Shown one piece after another: positions 43,230-56,882 of a stretch of 64,000 nucleotides of DNA. How positions within the stretch are numbered: position 1 is the first letter of the stretch; every line of letters begins with the position of its first letter. Source of the stretch: Eledone cirrhosa (lineage: Eukaryota); contig OZ024745.1 in assembly GCA_964016885.1 (NCBI GenBank), forward strand, positions 125,860,001 to 125,924,000, given 5' to 3'. The notes beneath the pieces are model-generated. The model worked only from the letters and a program-made list of their open reading frames with translations, searched no databases and was not told the origin of the DNA. The position numbers and the translations under genes were made by a program.

Positions 43230-44565
43230 TCAAAGCATCAGTGATACCTGCAAAACAGTAATGATTAACAACGAACTGCTACAACGTTGAGTGGTCATTG
43301 CAGCGTTACAAGAGATGTGGCTCTCAGAATCGAGGACCCTTCGTGTGAGAGAGTATACTTTCTTCTGACAGGTTAAAAGTATAGTCGAAACCAGAGAACA
43401 TTGTGGTGGCTTTGCCTTGACGAATATGGTGTTGAAGATGGATCTTCTCACCCCGATTACACACATTAGATGGGTCTGTCAACCTTGTTAGGGCTTATGC
43501 CACAACATTCTATTCAACACAAGAGGATAAGGATACATTTTACGATCAGCTCTCAAAAATACAGGCGATCCTAAATAGAGAACAGCTAGAGTGGGTGCTG
43601 GCTATGACTTCTGGCTCTGATGTCTAAGACGGTACGGGATCGACAACATAAATTACAATGGTCAACGGCAGGTTGAGCCCTGTATGATCCATGAGATATG
43701 TGTCACCAACACTTACTTCCAGGCAAAATCTCAGCAGAACGTTATCTGGCGTATGAGAAACATACTTCTTACTCGTTCCTTTCAGAATGCTGATTGTGGC
43801 TCAGATCACTCCCTGGTTTGCTGCAATCTCAAACTTCAACCAAGGCAGATGCACCACGCCAAACCTACGTGCCAGCAGCGTATCAGAGGTACTGCAACCG
43901 AGAATTCAGTCAAAGCTGTTACATTCCTCGAGTCACTGGAGTACGCCCTTCTTACAGACCCGCCAAAAGGCAAGTTTCAGCAGGGATGATACTCTGTCAG
44001 TGACGCCATTCATAGCACTGAATTTAAGAGGTTCCAGAAAAGTCGATTAAAGACGCACGGCTGGTTCAAGATCCATGTGACCATGGGGGAGAAGAATGTT
44101 GCACCGTTGAAGCCCAAACACTAGCTTTAACTGGGAAACGTTGCAAACATTGAGAACCGCAAGGAACAACACAGAAGACACTGAGACGATGTGCAAATGA
44201 CTACTTGTTACAACTATGCGGAGGCATCCACTTGTCATTTGTCACAGATAAACTGTGCAGAATGTATGTGTGCATGACGAAACTCATCAGCCCAACACAA
44301 AGCAAGATAGCTCCCCTCAAATCCAGGACAGACGAGGTCATCAAAAGCAAAATACTGCAGTTGGAGAGATGGATGGAATATTATTCTAAACTCTACAGCA
44401 AGAAAAACGCACCAGACAACACGGAAAATCTACCTATCATGGAAGAGTTAGATGCATTGTCGCTTGGTGAAGAACTGAACAGAGCTGTTGATGGCTTGCC
44501 CACTGGAACAGTACCGGGATTGGATGGCATCCCACTAGTTGTCGTCAGATGTGCAAGGGAGTTTA
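43230..44565 (+). mobile_element. Decayed RTE-clade LINE (AP endonuclease to start of RT)
   Basis: KTVMINNELLQR*VVIAALQEMWLSESRTLRVREYTFF*Q, EHCGGFA, ICVTNTYF, ADCGSDHSLV, LERWMEYYSKLYS, PGLDGIP. Confidence 0.88.
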
Positions 44566-47149
44566 TATATATATAAAGAGAAAGATGGAAAAGAGAGAGA
44601 AAGGTATATAGGTTGTGAGTGGGGAAGGAATTAGATAGATAGCTTTTGTGAAGGTCAGTAAATTTTATGTAGAGGATAAATATATGACCAATACTTATGT
44701 TTTTTTATGATTTAACATTGTGATCTAACAAACTATATATTTCTCAGTCACATGTTGAATCTGAAGTATTGGAAATCTCTGAGCAAGATTTAGCTGTAGA
44801 TGTAATCTGATGTTACAAAGCTTTTAATTTGGTTTCTAAACTATGTGTGATTGCAGTTCTTCAATGACAACTTATACTGTAAGTGACTGGAATTGCGTTT
44901 ATACTAGAAAGTTGAAAGTCAATAAGACATTGATCGCGGTTATGCCCTACCTCGTGCTCATATTGATATGGGATGAAGCATCCCAATGCAAGTTGAATCG
45001 CACTTGGCTCAGGTTACAGTCAATGACTTAACTGCTGATAACGAGACGGAGACAACTTTGTCGTGTAATGACATGCAATCATTGTGTAACACTAATTGAA
45101 CTAATATACTGAAAAATTCATCATTCTAAAATTCTTAAAGTAATTTTTAGCTCCCATGACCATATTTCTAATAAAATAAACCATATTTTAATTATTTAAT
45201 GAATCTTGAGTGAATTAATAAAATTATTAATTATTTCATTACTAAGATTATGATTTAACATGTAGTTATTAAAATTACTTTGGAGCTCCAGTGACCGTAT
45301 TTCTAATAAAATATAATATATTTTAATTAATAAATGTAAAACCTTGATTAATCATTAATTATTTAATTACTAAGATAGTATCTTAATATATAAAAATATG
45401 TTGACAGATTTAGATTCAAATGTTTGTTTCATAGAACAAGAGTTGGCTTTCGGTGTGTTGTTATCAAGAATGTTAAACAACAACATTTTCTTAAAACGTG
45501 GATCGTACTAGGGAGTATTCCTTATTAATATGTTTTAGTTAGGGTTTCGGGAGTATTTTGATTTATGAATCAAACCATTATAAGTTATCATTAGGGAGAA
45601 AATTATTTATGATAAAGCGTTTTATGCTACCAATTGTATTCTTCATTTAAACAATCTGACAATCTGGATAGAAAGCAGAGACACAATGTCTGGCTAAAAA
45701 AATATCAAACAGTTCACATGTTGCAATAAGTCGTACATTAAGTCATTTATTATTTGTTTAGATCGACATAAAGCAGAGAATTACTCGACCAATAAATTGT
45801 CATTACGTAGACTATCATTGGAGTTATGTCGCTTTAGTCTACCTAGCGGATGTAGGCTTGACAATTCAGCTAACCTGTCAATACCCCGAATACCATTCAT
45901 TATTTCTTTGCTCTAGTAACTAAGTGTGTATACTTAACCATGAAATGTGGATGAATACATCTCGTCTATTTCTTTACAACCTACACCTCACTACTGTTAG
46001 GAAATACATTTAGATTGTTCATTCTTATCACTGATATTAGTGATTCTTCATTCAATTATACGTTTAAGATACGAATATATTATACAAAGAAGAGGTTAGG
46101 TGTAATAAATTGTAACTTTCCAGTTGAACGAGTACAATCACATCTTAAATGCTCGGTTGATTTGTTGTGGGAAAGTTAAATTTAGATTATCAGACTAGAA
46201 CTAATAGCTATTTTTAGATGAATAATCTATGGCAATCACATAAAATACCATAAGACAACATATTCACCTAGATATATGAAAGGCTCAGTTAATTTTTCAC
46301 AGAAGGTTTCAAGCTATATAAGTTCGATCACAGAAACTGAAGAACTTTATAGAATTCCATTCTATGAACTCTACATATACCTACCAAATCAATCATACAA
46401 ATATAAAACAAGCAGCAAGAGAAAGTGCTGAAATGCAACAATTCTCGCGATTTGTCTGCCGTCGCTCTGGTCTCCAAGAAAACCTACGAAATTTGCAATT
46501 AACCATTCACCAAGAATTGCCGTATTGTAACAAACATAATAGCTCATATGATGAAACATCTTTGAGAAAATACAACATATAGTGGATATTAGCATTTGCC
46601 TTTGTTTCTTTTTACATTAGTGATCCTCTTCGGAGCCTTAGACATTGGTGGTTATCACAAAAATCGGAATTTAGCCCCGAATGATTTAAGCAAATTTGAC
46701 ACTGCAAAAGACACTCACAAGATTATTTAACATTTAGTTTATGATTACATTTAACATTTAGTTTATGAGGCCTTTCAAACCATTCAGAGACTGCAAAGAA
46801 GCAAACCTGATAGACTCAATGAACTCCTCATAGATCAACTGCAAACTATTCTTCCACTTTTAGAGTAACTTGAAGAGAAAAATTGCTATGTTTATTTTCG
46901 TTACAGTATTTACAAAATGCTTTTTAGTGTGCTCTATGGTTGAGTTCTAAGTACCATATAAATCAACATTAAAATAAGAATATTGTGAAATAGTAATTTA
47001 ATCATAAAATAACAATTCTCTAATGGCAGATTCATTAGGCCGTCGGACAGAATAACTAGCGGTAATTTGTCTGGTTTAAATCCAACCGAGATCAACTTCC
47101 ATACGGAGTTGATAACATGAAGTACTAGTCCTATGGCGATGGATTGGCG

Positions 47150-47600
47150 CAATTGTTAAAGCAACAAACGAAATATTTTGTGTTGTCTGTTCCGGCATTT
47201 TATACACTGAGCTCCTATGCCTTCTAGAGAAACACATTTTGCAACTGCCCATGACTATACACCCGACTACGTCACCACATCTAATTCTGAAAGTTGCAAT
47301 GGAGCAAGGAGGGTAAATAGTATATTTGTTTGTTTCAAATGATATATATACCACTCTGGATTTCATTCATTGAGTTTCGGAGAACGGACTTACAACAATG
47401 TTTTATTCTAGCATGTAACCTTCATCACAGTTAGCATTGTCAGCTTGTTTTGTCTTTTCTTTTTTTTTTCTTTTTTGGCATAGCCATGACAAAGATAGTA
47501 CTCCAATCGATATGACACCGGATGCCTATCAACATTAACCGGATCCCAAAGGCACAGTCTTCGGCCACCTGCAATTCAGTGATAGCAAATATAATTGGTT
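47150..47600 (-). mobile_element. Possible piggyBac transposase C-terminal remnant
   Basis: CRWPKTV (RWP.. motif) followed by SCKMCFSRRHRSSVYK/CRN...CFNNC, resembling the Cys-rich domain; frameshifted. Confidence 0.4.
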
Positions 47601-48639
47601 TTGTTTTCGTTGTTTCGTTTGTAATATTTTTCATTTGTTGGGCAGGGAGCGGGATATTTCAGTTCATGTAACTGTTCTCATGATTCCTAATCTAATGTTA
47701 AAAGAATTTATGACAAATTAGAACAAAGCAATTTTGTTTATGCTCAGAGTAGCGTTAGAATGTATAAACAAGATGTATATCACGTGAACGAACATTCGTT
47801 TCGATAGCAAGGTTTCATGCGTTTGTTGAAAAGAAAGGATTAGTATCGAGGTTATTTAAGCAGAGTTGGAAAGTTACTTTCGTTGTTTTGATATGTCAAT
47901 GAATATTTAGTATATTTTGTAACACCGTGCCAAAATTCTGTTCCACGTGATGTTCCATACATTGAGGCTGAGCCCGAAACCACTTTGTTGCAAAGCGAAC
48001 TCCCAACACAATGAACAATACCTGTGTGTATGTACAACCATTTTTATAGGACGGTAATGTGTGATTTGTGTGAGCTGCGGTTGCTATCTGTAGCACGATG
48101 TATGACTACATAGATGCCCTTATTCTTTATACGAAGTCAATATTATATATGTAAGCGTAGTTATGGCTTAATCGTTCAAATGTTTGCTTTATAATCAGGA
48201 AGTCCTGGATCCGAAACTTCTCCGTAGTATCTTGTATGAGTGTCTTTACCATAGCTTCGGGTTGAACCAGGCTTTGTCAGTGAAACTTTGTTTAAGCCTG
48301 TCGGATGGATATTTCTTGAAATAAAAAGGTTCAACCTTGTCACATATTATATCCCCTCGATTCAGTTTAGTAAGTACGTGTCTGTGGAATTCTCAATCAC
48401 ACGCTAATTCGCGAGTTGGACGTTCAGTTGTTCGAACAACTAGAACACTCGTTGTCGGAACCGACGGTGTTTATTCCAAGTACTTCTATTTTATCAGATG
48501 GTAGCATGTGACCTGGGGGATATGGCTGCAATTTCTAATACATTGTGTGACCACATAGGGGCTCTCATTGTATATTCAAAATCATATAATGTATAGTGCG
48601 ATGTCAAAAACACACCAATTGAAAAATATTCAGAATAAC

Positions 48640-49235
48640 GGCATTTCTCTCAAGGAAGCATGTACAATGCACTCTAAATGTGAATGGAGTTCCACTGAAA
48701 CAGGTGGAGAGATTAAGGTATCTTGGGGCCGTGTTCACGGGTGATAGAAGGCAGGAGGCTGAATTAAGTGCAGTAATGTGGCAGCTTCAGCAATCTGTAA
48801 TGATAAGAAAGGAGGTAGGTTTAAAAGTCAAACTCGCTATCTTCATTTCGTTATTCGTGCCAATATTTACCTTGAATCTTCGGTAATGACCGAAAGAACA
48901 CAATCGCGAATTCAAGCGGCCGAAGATCTTTCGAGTGAGCTTACTCGATTGAGTGCGTAGCTCGGGGTTCACAGAGAGTCACTCTAGTTAGAGCCTTCTC
49001 CGAATTGAGAGATCAAAGCTATGGTTATGTGTTTAGAACGTCTCAAGAAAGAATCGCTGGAGACCCAGGGGCAAACTCCGAGCAAGTAGATTGGAAATCA
49101 TCCACGAAATTGACTGGTCTAGCTTGGGGACCCAGCCGGATCAGTTGGAGACGGTTGCTTCTAATAAGACCCGTTGGAGGGAATGTTTAAGGATTCTGCC
49201 CCCACGACCCTCTCAGGAATAAGTGCACGAAAAGG
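48640..49235 (+). mobile_element. RTE-clade LINE 3' fragment
   Basis: NGVPLKQVERLRYLGAVFTGDRRQEAE...KVKLAIFISLFVPI...VMTERTQSRIQAAE. Confidence 0.88.
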
Positions 49236-49569
49236 AAGAAGATAAAAAATGCATTTCTAACAGATTGTGATATTTGTATGTTATTTCAATATCTTATGAA
49301 AACAAACTAAGTCATACATATAGAAACGAGCATATGCGTGTACATGCAAAGATAATGCACATATGGGTGCCTGCATCTGTATAGAAACATATATATATAT
49401 ATATATTGTTACCTGCATGTGTGCACAAACAAACCCAGATTCACATGTTGACATGGGTTTCCTTGTTGCATCTTATCTACTCTATCTTTCTCACAGTCTT
49501 CTCTGAAACTCAAATTGTCCCTCTTATTCTATTTCCCACTGTCTCTTTCTCTATTTCTCGATTCACACA

Positions 49570-49646
<77 letters not shown>

Positions 49647-49705
49647 CAAGGCTCTGATACCATCAACACAATACACACAGAGCTGGCATATCTAAGAGCT
49701 GACTA

Positions 49706-49763
49706 ACTGCCTGACGAGGTCATAGCCATTCAATGGCTATCATCGAAATATATATATAGCAGT
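49706..49763 (+). ncRNA. Type I hammerhead ribozyme, canonical core
   Basis: actgc-CTGACGA-ggtc atagccat tca atggctat catc-GAAA-tatatata-TA-gcagt, within a ~165 bp island between (TA)n tracts, followed by AATAAA. Confidence 0.88.
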
Positions 49764-49874
49764 AAATAAAGGATTATGAGTTCATGCAATTGACTTATGT
49801 TTCATCACTATATATATATAAATATATATATATATATTGTTGAAAATACCAAACTTGACTGTCACCACACATTA

Positions 49875-49913
49875 TGAACCTGAAGATTGCGAAAGGATGA
49901 AAGTACTTGTTCA
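49875..49913 (+). ncRNA. Minimal type I hammerhead ribozyme
   Basis: tgaac-CTGAAGA-ttgc gaaa ggat-GAAA-GTAC-TT-gttca; stem II degenerate. Confidence 0.7.
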
Positions 49914-50073
49914 AAATTAACACTTAACATTTAATATTCTACCATACTATTTCATTCTAACACCCTTATAAATTTTAAAGGATTGTAAATAAAACGAGTA
50001 AATCAGACAAAGTTGGAATTCTTTTTATTAATATAATCTTCTATACACAATCATACACACCCGTGTATATTTA

Positions 50074-50105
<32 letters not shown>

Positions 50106-50112
<7 letters not shown>

Positions 50113-50313
50113 GTGAGGTTTTTTTTACAAATTGAAAAATAACCGAGGTGTCCTACACGAGTGAAAGTATAAAGAAAAAGAGATGAAATCGAAAATGCAA
50201 CTGGAGTCTTATTTTTTTTTTAAATATATATATTTATTTGGTTCCTTTACCGGTTTCGCAGTTCTTCTGCTTTTCAAAACTAGAGTTGAGATGGAGGGTC
50301 TGTGGTTTTTCTC
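50106..50313 (-). mobile_element. Family C unit with U3:A8 HHR (about 50244-50280)
   Basis: Nearly identical to 36430-36634. Confidence 0.8.
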
Positions 50314-50418
50314 ATTATATATATATATATATACATACATACATATATATACATATATATATATACATACATATATATACATATACATATATATATTTAT
50401 ATACATACATATATATAC

Positions 50419-50507
<89 letters not shown>

Positions 50508-50511
<4 letters not shown>

Positions 50512-50698
50512 AAAGAGTAGGACCCCGACGGCTGAGCTCAAGCCGTTTCGACGGCTAATTCAGTCCAGAATTAGCCGTCGAAATGGCTTGAGCTCAGCCG
50601 TCGGGGTCCTACTCGTTCCTATTACCCACTCTACTACCCTAAGTATTGAGTACTTTGGTGCGTTATGGTCCACCTGGTTCCTTACCACATTTCCTTCG

Positions 50699-50701
<3 letters not shown>
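50508..50701 (+). mobile_element. PLE-like fold-back element, family B (copy 4)
   Basis: Palindrome centred on aattcagtccagaatt plus tail. Confidence 0.8.
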
Positions 50702-50797
<96 letters not shown>

Positions 50798-50800
50798 CTT

Positions 50801-51305
<505 letters not shown>

Positions 51306-51321
51306 CGTATATATCACACGC

Positions 51322-51361
<40 letters not shown>

Positions 51362-51689
51362 GTGTGTGAGTATATCTGCGCGTGCGTGTACACATACATC
51401 ATTTTTCATTAACTCCTGCATAGAAAGTCTGCTATCAGAGCTTAAAATGAATAAACACGACTGACAAAGAGAAATATAGTAAAGAATCAGTTTGTAGAAA
51501 ATACATGTTACATGTTGTTCAGGTCTAAATATAGATAGTGTTAGTAAATAGCGTATACAAATGGAAATACCGTTAATTCTTTCAGTTTCTTTTGGTAACA
51601 AAAGACATTATATTGTGTAAAAATATTGCAACATTAACCGACAAATACGTGGTAGAAATGGTGCTCGTGATAGCGATGATGTTGATATT

Positions 51690-51850
51690 TGTGACGATGG
51701 TGGGGGGAGAGGGGCTGATGATAATGATGATGATGATGATGATGATGGTGATGACGACTATGGCGATGGAGATAGCGATGACGTGGATGAAGAGGATAAT
51801 GAAGACCACGACGATGACGATGTCAACGATGATGGTGATGATGATAATGT
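51690..51850. repeat. Degenerate (GAT)n repeat
   Basis: Directly visible. Confidence 0.9.
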
Positions 51851-52498
51851 TGTTGCTGTTTGCTTCGATGTTTCGCCTCACAATTGCCTATTTTTTTCTA
51901 CATATTTTCTTATTGGTTTTCTTGAAGACGAAAAAGAAAAATAGTTGTGTATGTTCTTATGTATTTTATCCTGTTTTATATGTGTTCGTATTAATTTCCC
52001 TTTATTCTTAGATATTTTCCTAGCCTGCAGTGTATGTTTTCTAATAATTTCCTAGTTGCTGTATTGATTTTGGTATATTTAACATTTAGTTCTCTATTAT
52101 GACCTACAACATTTATTTAGGTGATGGTATTCTAGTTTAGAAAATTATTTCTGTAACGTTCACTCACTCTCCACAACCCCCACGCACGTTTTTTATATAT
52201 ATATAGTTCTTGCTTCTAGGCACTGCAATTATTTCTATTATATCTTTACCCACTTCTTGATAAAATCATTTTAGTTTGCAGTCGAACTTTTTCAAAGAAT
52301 CGTTGCTGCATTTCAAAAGTGACGGAACTTTTGCTTTTTAGTAAGACCACCAATTGGCAGCGTCGTAAGAGCGTCGGGTGAAACACTTTTTTATATAATC
52401 CGGTACTCTGCGCTCTGATGTCATATCCCGCTCAAATCAAGGAGGATTTTCATCTTTTCCGGTTCCATAAAAGAAATTATGCTTCAATATTGTGGTTG

Positions 52499-52768
<270 letters not shown>

Positions 52769-54102
52769 ATCGGTTTCAACACACGTTTTCAGATAAAGAA
52801 TCTTGCTAAACAAATTCAGAAACGATATATATATATATATGCCCTTCTCTCTCCATCTCTATCCCCCCTCTCTCTCTCTCTATCTATCTATCTATCCCTA
52901 GAATGTCACTCTCATATAATACCAGCGATTTCAATTGCATCCAATGATGCAGACCTGTTCTTCTTGTTGGGTAAATGCATTCGATGTTCAGAGAGTGGGA
53001 TTGACCCCGAACCAAGCCTTTCCTCAATTAAAAAAGCTTCAAGCACAGGCATTGCTTGATATGATATGTGACATTTTCTTGCGATGCATGGCATTGCTGG
53101 CCATAGGCAAGTCCCTAGCAAGACTAAAAAGCCACGTCTATGATACTCATGCTTATGTATCAAGCGATGGCATTACTCGAAATCGAATAGCAGCCATCAT
53201 ATATATATATATATATATATATGATATACCAGCGTGTATGAGTGTCTGAAGTATTCTTAGTCTACTGGGGCCCGTAACATGCCCGATATAATCACGCTGC
53301 AGAAACAATGCAGTGTTGAAACTTAAGTAAATGCTTAGTTGTAATTTTCTCTATTTCTGTTGCTTTTGTTGTCTGATAAGTGTTTTGTTATTTATTTTCG
53401 CAAGTTAATTATTTTGATATTAGTTTTATTTTCATTATGAATTGACACAACACTATTTCCCCATGAGATATTACACCATCCTTGCACAAGTGTAAAACAA
53501 TTATCAATGTCATTGGATATTACAGATCCTATTTCCAATATACAGACTCGTTCATTTCGGAAACAATTCCACATAATTCCACTAGTGAGACTAGCTGAAG
53601 AAGGTTACAAGATCAAGGCTATTTAAAAGTAAGGTTTTATAATATATTTTTATTATTATATTATATATCTTATATATCTGAATTATTTTCAATAATATTA
53701 TATTTAAATGTGAATATGTGGTAAAACACAAGCCTAGACTCATCAATACCATGCCATCTATGGACCTGAACTCATCATGGCGTTTTAGCGGCGTTGTTAT
53801 AACATACATACGGCATTTTATATCTGGTGAAGCCCATCCTTCTCCGAGACTAAATATAGACATTTTCCTCAAGACTGGCTCTTTATTTCTTAATCACGAA
53901 AATTCGGTGAGATTTGAACTGAGAGAGCCAGATCGAATATCCTAAAGCATTCTATCCAACGTTCTAAAGACTTTATCATTTCACTCTTTTTCTATAAACC
54001 TCAGTTGCGACATATTTTTATCTTTAGTTGATAGAAGTCGAGTGTAATCAATGAGAAAAAAGGCATTCATAATATTGAAATGTTTTTCAATATCTAATTC
54101 TA

Positions 54103-54280
54103 TTATGCTACACAAAATCCGTAATTTTTCATATTCTTGGCAATCCCTTTACAATTTGCTCCATGGATTCCAAGTGTTGTTGCTTTGACAATTTCAAAAG
54201 ACAGAGTCATCTTGCAGTTGCATTTCATAGCCACCTTATTAACACTGGAAAACGACGGGGAAGAAACCTCTGTGGGCAAA
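54103..54280 (-). CDS. Candidate terminal coding exon of an unknown host gene
   Basis: Acceptor-like tccttatttAG, then an open phase-1 frame LPTEVSSPSFSSVNKVAMKCNCKMTLSFEIVKATTLGIHGANCKGIAKNMKNYGFCVA*. No homology recognised. Confidence 0.25.
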
Positions 54281-54576
54281 CTAAATAAGGATATGCAATC
54301 GCTTATATCTATTTAGACTACAAACTGTAAATGGTTATGATTTCAATTCTCGAATCATGAGTCATGTTATGTCTTTAATCAACACCTTATTTTACGTTTA
54401 TCCAGATCAATCAGCTGGAACAAAGGGTTTTAACGACAATGATAAGTAGCGTGGAGAGGGAAGATTGACACAATGTCCAGGAACCGAATTCATAACCTTA
54501 CGATTGTGAAAGCGGTGCTTTAACCACTATAACTCGCATCTTCACACGCTACATATATATATATATATATACACAA

Positions 54577-54619
<43 letters not shown>

Positions 54620-54620
54620 A

Positions 54621-54688
<68 letters not shown>

Positions 54689-54703
54689 TTATATATATAT
54701 ATA

Positions 54704-55775
54704 CTAGCAGCGGGAGCCGGCGTTGCACGGGGTAGGAAACGTGAAAAATTAACGCAAAATCCCGAGGAAAAATTGTTTTGATGTAGGCCATGTGCTTCAA
54801 CGGAACTACAGTTCCCGGATGCTGATGAACATTTGTCATATCAATCGTCTAATTTTTTCTACTGCAACACGCATATGCAAATATTGAGGAATGTAGCTGG
54901 GTACATTTTGAATTCCCTTATTCTCAGGGAATGATTGTTCATCTACTGGAAACGTAGAACACCAGCAGGCCGAATCCAGTAGTAGCAGTGTCAGTGGGCT
55001 GATTGGGAAAATCCTGTATGAGAAAGAAGTAAGTGTTGTGGGGCGATGTATGTCGTAAGGCTGTTCACGAATTACGTCACGGATGGGGAACACACGTCAG
55101 TCTGAAGGAGCGACGTAGTCAATTGTGTGAAAACCAAGTAGGGATGTACGTTTAAGTAGGGATATTGAGATGACGAAATCAGCGTGGCAAGAGTTTTCGG
55201 TGTCAATAACACGGCAATGTACACAGGGCCCGGATTTGCGCATGATGAAAGCATGAATCGTCAACAGGGCGCCGAAAAAAATGTTAAGTTCCTCCTCATT
55301 TCCTCAATCCCCCGAAAATGGTCCTACTTAAAAGTAAGTGTTGTGTCCTCTGTTAAATAAACCAAATTTTTAACGAAATATTATACGCTACTTACGATGT
55401 TTAAGTAGCGTTTATATTGAAAATGAAAATGGCATGTAATGCCCAATGCTAATCGGTAAATTTCCTAGAAACCATTAATGGAATCGGAAATCTTGTTGGC
55501 CCCGGCAATGCGAGGGAACTGACTAATACGTGCTGCAAATTTCGAGGAAATCGGCTGGAGTATCTTTAAGTTACGCCTCATAAAAGCCTCAAAATGCCTT
55601 TAAAATGTGGGTTTTCGCCTAATCCGGGCTCTAGGGCAGAAAAGGTTAAATATGTTTAGTCCATTGCACTTCAAGAAATATAAGTAAGGCATCTGTAAAG
55701 TTTGAAAAAAATCGGTGTTGTACTTCTCGAGTTTTAGGGATTTACACAGACAGACATCCTCTGTTTTATATATGA
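54704..55775 (-). mobile_element. Non-autonomous Helitron
   Basis: Minus strand starts TCatatataaaacagaggatgtctgtctgt...ccgattttttt and ends ccccgtgcaacgccggctcccgctgCTAG|T. Confidence 0.8.
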
Positions 55776-56442
55776 GTGTGTGTATGAGTGTGTTTAAAAT
55801 GAATAACAAAAACTGCAAAACTTTAATTCACAGATTTTAATACATACATTTATAAGTTTGAATTTAACGTATTAGAGCTTTACTTCGTCAATAAACACAT
55901 AAGATTTTGATTAGTATTGTACATGAAAAATATTCATGCTCATATTCTTGTTGTTTAGCCCCAGGTCAACTCTAATTGCATAAATCTATGATGAAAGGCG
56001 CTCATGTCACTATTATCTAATCTTTATTCAAGGTAAAATGTATCCATAAGGCTCATACGCTTTTCCCCATGCTCGTGGAAAAAATTCATTTCTAGTAGCC
56101 GAAAAAATTATAGAAGAATTTTATTTTCAATTTAATATCTCGTCTTTCACTAACCTAAGGAAATTTAATCTGGAATGTACAAAAATACTTTACAATATCA
56201 CGTAAAATGATATCCTAAACGAGAAACAAAACTAAAAGTTGGAGTGTTTAAGAGCTGTTTTGTGTATACTAAAAACATCTTAATTCTTTTTGCTTAGTTT
56301 TCGTTGTTGATATTCATGTAATAAGGTTATTGCCATTGTAATTGAAGCCTGGTGATAAATAATTTCGAAGATAACATTTTTAAAAGTGAGTGAGCCTGGG
56401 TTAGAGAGAGAGGCAGAGAAAGAGAGGGGAGAGTGATAGACA

Positions 56443-56764
<322 letters not shown>

Positions 56765-56836
56765 AATATATATATATAGAACAGGGGAGGTTAAAAAAAT
56801 GCTGAGAGTGTAAAATTGATAGAAAATGAGGACGTT

Positions 56837-56882
<46 letters not shown>

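Noticed and set aside
51592-52011. 139-aa Met-rich hydrophobic ORF
   Set aside because: Derived from a degenerate (GAT)n repeat and T-rich sequence.
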